From NCBI GenBank assembly GCA_947452995.1, contig CANGEV010000002.1, forward strand, positions 1,172 to 65,171: 64,000 bases of DNA, given 5' to 3'. The translations under genes and the position numbers were made by a program. Of the stretch, positions 38,934 to 45,778 are shown piece after piece. Each line of letters opens with the position of its first letter. Position 1 is the stretch's first letter. The notes below the pieces were generated by a model. The model saw nothing but the letters and a program-made list of their open reading frames with translations. It ran no database searches and was not told the origin of the DNA. Source of the DNA: Chitinophagales bacterium (GTDB lineage Bacteria; Bacteroidota; Bacteroidia; Chitinophagales; CAIODY01).

Positions 38934-39842
38934 ATGTCGGTTTCAAATGCTCAAGATTGGTTTTCGCAGATGGAAGAACTTTGTAGTTCTTCCCCTGAAC
39001 AGGCTGTGGATCGTCTGCGAGCGGCACTGGTTGATATGAAAGAAGCAGATCAAGCAAAAGCACATTATTTATTAGCACAATGCTATCGCAAATTACATCA
39101 GCAACAAAATGAGGAAAGTGCTTTAATGGCTTGCATAGGCTATTTCAAGGAATCAGGAGAAAGGGAATCGTATTATTTTTGCAATATTGGTTTGGCAAAA
39201 GTGAATGCAAATTTCGGACGTTATGAAGCTTCAATGAATTATCTAAAAGAGGCGCAAGAATTGGCAACGGAAGCGAATAATCGAGAATGGATGATTCGTG
39301 TCTATGACAATCTTGGGTTATTGCATAGCAGAATGTCGCGTAACGATGAGAGCGTGCAGTATTATACAGAAGCCTTGCGATTATTACGAAATACTCCTGG
39401 CAGCAAGCAGTTGCAGTCGATGAAGACGAATGTATATTTGGGGAATGTGTATATCAAGATGAAGTTGTATGATAGAGCCTATGATCATTTTACCATGGCC
39501 CTTACGGAGTCGAAGCCCGATTTTAATTCTTATGATTCGCAGATGCCTTTGCGTGGACTGGCTTATTTATTTTTAGATCAACAAAAGCCAGATGTTGCTA
39601 AGCGTTTTCTAGAAAAGGCGCATCAACAGTTGAGCATAAAAAGTGATATAATTTCTGAGATGCGTTTGTATTTGTTGGATGCCGAATACGAACAACAGAA
39701 GGGTGATAATCATGCTTCTTTACAGATTCTTCAGAAAGGACTCGCCTTATTTAAGCAGCAGGAGGTTGCAGTGCTAAAAGTTCAATATCTTCGTGCAATA
39801 GCAGCAGTAGAGAAAAAAATAAACGAAGCCAAAGGATGTTGA
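38934..39842 (+). CDS. TPR-repeat protein
   Basis: 302 aa made of repeated 34-aa A/Y/L-patterned helices. Confidence 0.6.
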   Translation: MSVSNAQDWFSQMEELCSSSPEQAVDRLRAALVDMKEADQAKAHYLLAQCYRKLHQQQNEESALMACIGYFKESGERESYYFCNIGLAKVNANFGRYEASMNYLKEAQELATEANNREWMIRVYDNLGLLHSRMSRNDESVQYYTEALRLLRNTPGSKQLQSMKTNVYLGNVYIKMKLYDRAYDHFTMALTESKPDFNSYDSQMPLRGLAYLFLDQQKPDVAKRFLEKAHQQLSIKSDIISEMRLYLLDAEYEQQKGDNHASLQILQKGLALFKQQEVAVLKVQYLRAIAAVEKKINEAKGC

Positions 39843-40432
39843 AATTAAATTTTAGCAAGCAGTTTATTGTGGAAGCAGGCTTAGATGAGGCTGGCAGAGG
39901 GCCTTTGGCCGGACCGGTATATGCTGCGGCCGTTATTTTACCGAAGGGGTATAAGAATAAGCGCTTGAATGATAGCAAGCAACTGTCGGAAGCGGCGCGT
40001 AATGAACTGCGAATAGAGATAGAGCGAGATGCTGTAAGTTTTGGGGTGGCTTTTTGTACGCCACAGGAGATTGATCAATACAATATTTTAGCCTGTTCGA
40101 TATTAGCGATGCATCGAGCGGTAGAGCGATTGAAGCCACAGCCGGAGCTCTTGGTGGTAGATGGGAACAGGTTTAAGCCTTTTTTAGGCATACCGCATCA
40201 ATGCGTGGTGAAGGGGGATGCGAAGTATATGCATATTGCGGCAGCATCGATTTTAGCGAAGGTGTATCGGGATGAGTATATGGAGAAAATTGCGGAGGAG
40301 TATCCTATGTATGACTGGAAGAAAAATAAAGGCTATCCTACTTTGCAGCATCGTCGTATGATTGCGGAGCACGGGTTTAGTCCATATCATCGTTTAACCT
40401 TTAGAAGTGAAATAAAAGAACATGAGCAATGA
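39836..40432 (+). CDS. rnhB: ribonuclease HII
   Basis: GLDEAGRGPLAGPVYAAAV catalytic DEAGRG motif, and DSK-x-L. Confidence 0.9.
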   Translation: MLKLNFSKQFIVEAGLDEAGRGPLAGPVYAAAVILPKGYKNKRLNDSKQLSEAARNELRIEIERDAVSFGVAFCTPQEIDQYNILACSILAMHRAVERLKPQPELLVVDGNRFKPFLGIPHQCVVKGDAKYMHIAAASILAKVYRDEYMEKIAEEYPMYDWKKNKGYPTLQHRRMIAEHGFSPYHRLTFRSEIKEHEQ

Positions 40433-41207
40433 GTTTTTGTTAGTGGATACGCATACGCATTTATATGAAGAGTCGTTTGATGTCGACAGGGAGCAGGTTT
40501 TGAAGCGTTGCGTAGATGCGCGTGTGCGGAAGTTGATCATTCAAAATGTCGACAGTACGACGATAGAAGGCGTATTGAAATTGGAGCGTGAGCATCCGGG
40601 ATTATGTTATGCGACGATGGGCTTGCATCCTTGTTATGTGAAAGAGAATTGGAAAGAGGAGTGGGCGATTGTCGAAAAGTGGTGGTCGGAGCGGGATTTT
40701 GTGGCGGTAGGGGAGGCCGGTCTCGACTATTACTGGGACAAGACATTTATTGCGGAGCAGAAAGAGGTGTTTGGCTTGCAGTTGCGATTAGCCAAGCAAA
40801 AGGGTGTTCCGATTATTATTCATAGCCGGGATTCTTTTTATGATTGCCTGGAAATGGTAAAGGCAGAACAGGATGGTAGCTTGAAAGGGATATTTCATTG
40901 TTTTAGTGGCTCCTTGGAAGAGGCGCAGGCTGCTATCAAGGCGGGGATGAAGTTGGGCATTGGCGGCACCTGTACGTATAAAAATAGCCGGCATAAGGAG
41001 GTATTGCCGAAGCTAGGGTTGGAGCATGTCGTGTTGGAGACGGATTCGCCGTATTTACCACCGGTACCACATAGGGGCAAGCGCAATGAGAGTGCTTATG
41101 TGCCATTGGTTGCGGAGGCGGTGGCCGATATTTTTGAGACGAGTGTATTGGAGGTAGCACGTATCACGACGGCGAATGCGCGAGAACTTTTTGGTGGCTT
41201 AGTTTAA
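40422..41207 (+). CDS. TatD-family metal-dependent hydrolase
   Basis: LVDTHTHL start motif, [15 protein letters not shown], and LETDSPYL. Confidence 0.88.
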   Translation: MSNEFLLVDTHTHLYEESFDVDREQVLKRCVDARVRKLIIQNVDSTTIEGVLKLEREHPGLCYATMGLHPCYVKENWKEEWAIVEKWWSERDFVAVGEAGLDYYWDKTFIAEQKEVFGLQLRLAKQKGVPIIIHSRDSFYDCLEMVKAEQDGSLKGIFHCFSGSLEEAQAAIKAGMKLGIGGTCTYKNSRHKEVLPKLGLEHVVLETDSPYLPPVPHRGKRNESAYVPLVAEAVADIFETSVLEVARITTANARELFGGLV

Positions 41208-41233
41208 ATTTATATCTTTGCCGTCCTTTCAAA

Positions 41234-41323
41234 GGAGACGTGTCCGAGTGGTTGAAGGAGCACGCCTGGAAAGTGTGTATACGGGAAACCGTATCGCGAG
41301 TTCGAATCTCGCCGTCTCCGCCA
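41234..41323 (+). tRNA. tRNA-Ser (anticodon GGA), encoded CCA end
   Basis: Hand-folded. Acceptor stem GGAGACG/CGTCTCC, anticodon stem CACGC/GTGTG with loop CTGGAAA, a long variable arm TACGG-gaaa-CCGTA, and T arm GCGAG-TTCGAAT-CTCGC. Confidence 0.9.
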
Positions 41324-41335
41324 AAGAAATTAAAT

Positions 41336-41363
41336 GCCCAGTGTTTACGCTGGGCTTTTTTTT
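41336..41363 (+). terminator. rho-independent terminator after tRNA-Ser
   Basis: GCCCAG...CTGGGC stem followed by T8. Confidence 0.7.
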
Positions 41364-41370
41364 GCACTAA

Positions 41371-41512
41371 AGCGTCAAGCTTGCTTGGGGCGCTGTTAAG
41401 TGCAAAGGAAATCAGCGCCAAAGGTGCTGCTTTTAATTTCTTTGAAGCCACCCCAAAACGAGTTCTGCGAAGCTAATCTCGTAAGTTATAGCGTCAAGCT
41501 TGCTTGGGGCGC
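41371..41512. repeat. two copies of a 23-bp direct repeat, AGCGTCAAGCTTGCTTGGGGCGC (41371-41393 and 41490-41512)
   Basis: The two copies are identical by eye and their starts are 119 bp apart. They lie in noncoding DNA between tRNA-Ser and the queA fragment. Confidence 0.85.
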
Positions 41513-41607
41513 AACATATTATTGAACTTCGAAACTATTCACTATTTATTCCCGATCCGGCGAAAGACGCGTCGGATCCATTAATTATAAAAAAACATTC
41601 ATTCCCT

Positions 41608-41753
41608 TCACGGCAATAACAAGGAACTATCGCCATAACTCAAAAAGCGAAAATCATTCGCTAGGGCATAGTCGTAAATACGCTTCCAATCGCTGCCAAC
41701 AAAGGCCGCTACTAATAAAAGCAAGGTACTATTGGGCTGATGGAAATTCGTCA
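41608..41753. repeat. left copy of the 146-bp direct repeat (partner at 43225-43370)
   Basis: Base-by-base comparison gives 142/146 identical. The first 101 nt are perfect. The mismatches are at 41709, 41734, 41749 and 41752. The repeat begins exactly at the stop codon. Confidence 0.9.
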
Positions 41754-41766
41754 AATAATTATTCAT
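41608..41766 (-). pseudogene. displaced duplicate of the queA 3' end (52-codon fragment)
   Basis: Minus-strand translation gives [52 protein letters not shown]. This is near-identical to the last 48 aa of QueA encoded at 43225-43370. Confidence 0.8.
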
Positions 41767-41837
41767 GGATGTTTAATTGTTAAAAATGTAGAATGCAAAT
41801 GTTTTAATCTATAATTTTAAATTGTTGAAAATTGACG

Positions 41838-41845
41838 TATATTTG
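41838..41845 (+). promoter_or_regulatory. candidate -7 box (TATATTTG) for the Fic gene
   Basis: It matches TAnnTTTG within the AT-rich island edge. Confidence 0.35.
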
Positions 41846-41932
41846 TAATGTATTGATAAATAAGGGATACGCAATTAATAGTGTTAATTCATTCAAGTGT
41901 CATCTGTTAATTCATCAAAAAAGATATTTCAA

Positions 41933-43096
41933 ATGTCTGAAGCAGTATTTAAACATTATGATTTGAAATTGGTAGAGCCGACTTTCGATTCTACACTAAC
42001 GGATTTAATCATTGAATTGGATTACTTGCGTAAAAAGCAGTTAAGTGGTTCCACTCATCCAAAAGTGTTTTTTCAACTGAAACATATTTTTCATACTTTA
42101 GAAAGTATCGGATCAGCAAGAATTGAAGGAAATAACACAACAATTGCTGAATATATAGAGACAAAATTATCGGATATCAAAGTCGTTACTCCAAGTATTC
42201 GTGAAATTCAGAATATTGAAAAAGCGATGGCTTTTATAGAAGAGAACGTTAGCGACTATCCAATAAACAGGACTTTTCTTAGTGAGATGCATAAAATGAT
42301 AGTTGATGGTTTACTTCCTCCACCAGATGGAGAAGGTGATTCAACTCCTGGGGAATACAGAAAAGTAAATCTAAAAATAAATAAATCTTCACATAAGCCG
42401 CCTGAATGGTTAGCAGTTGAAGAATACATGAATGAATTACTTGAATTTGTAAATAAAGGCGATAGCCCCAAATATGATTTACTTAAAACAGCAATCGCAC
42501 ATCATCGTTTTGTTTGGATTCACCCATTTGGAAACGGAAATGGTAGAACCGTAAGGTTGTTTACTTACGCCATGCTTGTTAAAGCTGGTTTCAACGTAAA
42601 TGTTGGTAGGATTATTAATCCTACAGCGGTGTTTTGCAGTAATAGGAATGACTATTACAACTTTTTGTCTGAAGCCGACAAAGGCACATTGGAAGGTCTT
42701 ACTTCATGGATTGAGTATGTTTTAAAAGGCCTAAAAGATGAGATTGAAAAGATTGATAAGTTGTCTGATTATGATTTCCTCCGTAAGGAGATTTTGCTTC
42801 CGTCAATCCATTATTCTCTAGAACGAAGGTTTATCACAGATGTTGAGGCTAAAATTCTTAAAAGAGTCATAGATAAGCAGGTAATATCTGCATCAGATAT
42901 AAAAGATATTTTCCCTGGAAAAGCGGATGCAGAAGTATCTCGACAAATCAGAAAATTAATTGATCGTAAAATGCTAATCCCAGAGAAAGAGGGTACACGT
43001 AAGTATGTTTTAAGATTTGATAATAGTTATTTATTTAGAAGCATAATAAAATTGTTAGGCGACAAAGGTTTTTTACCTGTTCGTGATGAGGTGTGA
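41933..43096 (+). CDS. Fic/DOC-family protein (class II, N-terminal inhibitory helix) with a C-terminal winged-helix-like domain
   Basis: Fic core HPFGNGNGRTVR, an upstream inhibitory motif SARIEG ([S/T]xxxE[G/N]), and a C-terminal segment EVSRQIRKLIDRKMLIPEKEGTRKYVL. I prefer the ATG at 41933. The track's GTG at 41897 is an alternative. Confidence 0.85.
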   Translation: MSEAVFKHYDLKLVEPTFDSTLTDLIIELDYLRKKQLSGSTHPKVFFQLKHIFHTLESIGSARIEGNNTTIAEYIETKLSDIKVVTPSIREIQNIEKAMAFIEENVSDYPINRTFLSEMHKMIVDGLLPPPDGEGDSTPGEYRKVNLKINKSSHKPPEWLAVEEYMNELLEFVNKGDSPKYDLLKTAIAHHRFVWIHPFGNGNGRTVRLFTYAMLVKAGFNVNVGRIINPTAVFCSNRNDYYNFLSEADKGTLEGLTSWIEYVLKGLKDEIEKIDKLSDYDFLRKEILLPSIHYSLERRFITDVEAKILKRVIDKQVISASDIKDIFPGKADAEVSRQIRKLIDRKMLIPEKEGTRKYVLRFDNSYLFRSIIKLLGDKGFLPVRDEV

Positions 43097-43224
43097 GTTA
43101 ATGCGGGCAATTTAGGTACCATACGCATCCCTGCTTTACCTACAATTTTAAGCTGATTGCGTTTTAATGTAATTGCACCAGTTTATTGTGATAAGGAGGA
43201 TGAATTAAGCTATAGGTTTTTGGG

Positions 43225-43370
43225 TCACGGCAATAACAAGGAACTATCGCCATAACTCAAAAAGCGAAAATCATTCGCTAGGGCATAGTCGTAAATACGC
43301 TTCCAATCGCTGCCAACAAAGGCCGATACTAATAAAAGCAAGGTACTATTTGGCTGATGGAAATTGGTAA
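43225..43370. repeat. right copy of the 146-bp direct repeat (the functional queA 3' end)
   Basis: See the partner at 41608-41753. Confidence 0.9.
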
Positions 43371-44433
43371 TCAGTCCTTTCACCGAACGAATCTGATAGC
43401 CTGGCGCAATGAGCAATTGCGTCTTTGTTTGTAGGCAGTCATTATGATTGCTTTCAAGATAATTTAAGATACTTTTCAAAGCTGCTTCATAGGTGAAATC
43501 GTCTGGAATACTTATATCATAGGCATCCCATTGTTTTATTTCTATATTACTTGCTCCATTTTGAATCTTCCATCCAATCCAGAAAAGGGATTCTAAGGTT
43601 CGCAAAGAGGTTGTTCCGACGGCAATAAGTTGATCGCTATTGGAAACTAAATTTTCTAAACACGCCTTGCTAACGATTATTTCTTCACTATGCATGGTGT
43701 GATCCGCCATGGCGTCTGCTTTCACTGGCTTAAAGGTTCCTGCACCCACATGCAGCACCACATATTCTTTTTTAATCTGCTTTTGTTCTAGCTCCGTTAA
43801 AATTTCAGGAGTGAAATGTAAGCCTGCAGTTGGCGCTGCTACCGAGCCTTCTTGTTTGGCATATACTGTTTGATATCTCAGTCTATCGCTTTCTTCGGCC
43901 ATGCGTTTTAAATAGGGCGGGAGCGGAATCATTCCTGATAGGTTCAAAATCTCAGCGAAGCTAAGTGGAGCATTCCATTCAAAATCTATTACAAAAATAT
44001 CGTCGACCTGCTTTGGCTTTAGCGCTTTTAAGGTGAATACTTGATCCTGATAAATAAAATCCTTACTAACACTTTCACTAGTGAAATCACGGTTGTTTCC
44101 AACGAAACATCTCCATCTAGAATGGCCTGTATGTAACATCGTACGTTCAATGGTGCTCTCTTCTGCCGGCTCTAATATAAATACTTCAATGGGTTTACTT
44201 TTCGCCATAGGGTTGGGAAAGTAAAGACGTGCATAGATGACTTTCGTATTATTGAAAATTAAAGTAGCGTTGGCTGGTAAATAGCTTGGGATAGCGGAAA
44301 ATCCATCTTGCGAAATTTCCCCCTTTTGATAGCATAGCAATTTGGAATCAGCCCGGTTAGACAAGGGTTGTTTCGCTATCCTGTCCTCCGGCAGCTGATA
44401 GGTGTAATCCTTTATTTTTATACTTCGCGCCAT
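43225..44433 (-). CDS. queA: S-adenosylmethionine:tRNA ribosyltransferase-isomerase
   Basis: YQLPEDRIAKQPL, LPPYLKR, YQTVYA, AAPTAGLHFT, HVG-x-GTF and TNFHQP motifs. Confidence 0.88.
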   Translation of the reverse strand: MARSIKIKDYTYQLPEDRIAKQPLSNRADSKLLCYQKGEISQDGFSAIPSYLPANATLIFNNTKVIYARLYFPNPMAKSKPIEVFILEPAEESTIERTMLHTGHSRWRCFVGNNRDFTSESVSKDFIYQDQVFTLKALKPKQVDDIFVIDFEWNAPLSFAEILNLSGMIPLPPYLKRMAEESDRLRYQTVYAKQEGSVAAPTAGLHFTPEILTELEQKQIKKEYVVLHVGAGTFKPVKADAMADHTMHSEEIIVSKACLENLVSNSDQLIAVGTTSLRTLESLFWIGWKIQNGASNIEIKQWDAYDISIPDDFTYEAALKSILNYLESNHNDCLQTKTQLLIAPGYQIRSVKGLITNFHQPNSTLLLLVSAFVGSDWKRIYDYALANDFRFLSYGDSSLLLP

Positions 44434-44637
44434 GTCCGTTTCGTTTGACTTTAATCTTCAAAAATAAATAGGGGAAGTCTAATCCAAAAGAAAAACAGCA
44501 GATCTCTTTTATAAGATTCACACATATTCTCCTTCTTTTCAAGTTGCCGTAGCTTTTCTTATCCTATATCAATGCGAGTGCCTTCCTTCGCATCGTATCT
44601 TTGTGCCATCATTTTAAAACAATAAAAATTCAATAAC

Positions 44638-45171
44638 ATGTCAAACGTAAAATGGGCTATCGACCCTGCACACTCTGAAGTGCAATTCAAAGTAAAACAC
44701 TTGATGATTTCTACCGTTACGGGTAACTTCACCCAATTTGAAGGTGGAATCGAACAAGAAGGTGCTGATTTCAGCAACGCAAAGATCAACTTCTCTGCTA
44801 ACGTAGCTTCTATCAACACAGGTAACGAACAACGTGACGGTCACTTGAAAGCTGCTGATTTCTTCGATGCAGAAAATCATCCTAACATGGTATTCGCGTC
44901 TACTTCAATCGAGAAGAAAGATGATTCAAACTATTTGGTGCATGGTGATCTTACGATTCGTGGTATCAGCAAGCCGGTTGTTTTGACTGTTGAACATACA
45001 GGTATCGCTAAAGATCCTTGGGGTAACGAAAAAGCTGGTTTTAACTTGAGCGGTAAATTGAACCGTAACGATTGGAATCTTAGCTGGAATGCGCCTTTAG
45101 AAGCGGGTGGGGTATTGGTAAGTGAAGAAGTACGCTTGTTGGCAGAAATTCAATTAGCTAAAGCGAACTAA
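44638..45171 (+). CDS. YceI-family polyisoprenoid-binding protein (no signal peptide)
   Basis: W-x-IDPAHSEVQFKVKHLMISTVTGNF and ERDGHLK motifs. Confidence 0.88.
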   Translation: MSNVKWAIDPAHSEVQFKVKHLMISTVTGNFTQFEGGIEQEGADFSNAKINFSANVASINTGNEQRDGHLKAADFFDAENHPNMVFASTSIEKKDDSNYLVHGDLTIRGISKPVVLTVEHTGIAKDPWGNEKAGFNLSGKLNRNDWNLSWNAPLEAGGVLVSEEVRLLAEIQLAKAN

Positions 45172-45220
45172 TTGTTCTAAACGCTTACAGTGATGTGTTG
45201 GACCACCACTGTATAAACTA

Positions 45221-45263
45221 AAACCTCCTTTCTTGCCAATGCAATGAAAGGAGGTTTTTTTTA
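45221..45263. terminator. bidirectional hairpin terminator between the convergent yceI-like and doxX-like genes
   Basis: 12-bp stem AAACCTCCTTTC/GAAAGGAGGTTT, flanked by an A-run and a T-run. Confidence 0.7.
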
Positions 45264-45289
45264 TTTACTATTGCGCTTAAGCGCTGTGA

Positions 45290-45661
45290 TTAGTTTTTGC
45301 CGAACAAACGGGTACTAACTTCAGGGAAGCGGATAGCAGCATTCACCCAAATGATAATTTGGAATACAATGAGCATACCTACAGGCTGACCAGTCACAAG
45401 ATGTGCAGCCAGTGCACCGCCCATATAGGCAATTAACAATAGGCTACCCACAAGGCCTGTGCGAGGGATCAACATTAAAATAACAGATAAAGCTTCAATC
45501 GCGCCAAGCATACGAATAGCTTCGTGTGATAAGTTTAAGGCTTTTGATTTTTCCAAGAATTCTGGATCAAGCATCAATTTCATGCTTGCGCTCATTAAAA
45601 ATAGGGCCGCTAGTAATCCACTAAGTACCCATCCGATAATGTTTAAGGTTTTTTTATTCAT
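45290..45661 (-). CDS. DoxX-family membrane protein
   Basis: 123 aa with 4 TM helices and an early G-x-x-K-L motif (SASMKLM). Confidence 0.75.
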   Translation of the reverse strand: MNKKTLNIIGWVLSGLLAALFLMSASMKLMLDPEFLEKSKALNLSHEAIRMLGAIEALSVILMLIPRTGLVGSLLLIAYMGGALAAHLVTGQPVGMLIVFQIIIWVNAAIRFPEVSTRLFGKN

Positions 45662-45778
45662 TTGATTAGTTCTTTTTACAAAAATACACTATTTGCCTGT
45701 TTTACGTGCTTTTAAAATCAATTTGTATTTTTAATGTAGAATCCGTATTTTCAGGAACCTTAAAATTAAATCTATACA

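Larger units (their letters stand above)
41754..43224. mobile_element. about 1.47-kb insertion carrying a single Fic gene, bounded by the duplicated queA 3' end; no recombinase gene inside
   Basis: Direct-repeat bracketing and a very AT-rich promoter stretch at 41760-41900. The Fic coding lines I hand-counted are somewhat lower in GC than the queA lines. Confidence 0.5.

Noticed and set aside
40537-41160. A cluster of five antisense or alternate-frame ORFs inside the TatD-family gene.
   Set aside because: The TatD frame carries all the family motifs. The extra ORFs reflect locally higher G+C, which means fewer chance stops, and their translations are Pro/Ser/Arg-rich nonsense.
41164-41476. 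Track ORFs 41164-41451 (minus) and 41240-41476 (plus).
   Set aside because: Both run straight through the tRNA-Ser gene and its terminator. They show no coding features.
41554-41578. A 9-bp-stem hairpin downstream of the stranded queA fragment, considered as the original queA terminator.
   Set aside because: There is no U-tract on either strand, so it cannot be called an intrinsic terminator. It is kept only as a supporting detail of the repeat-rich block.
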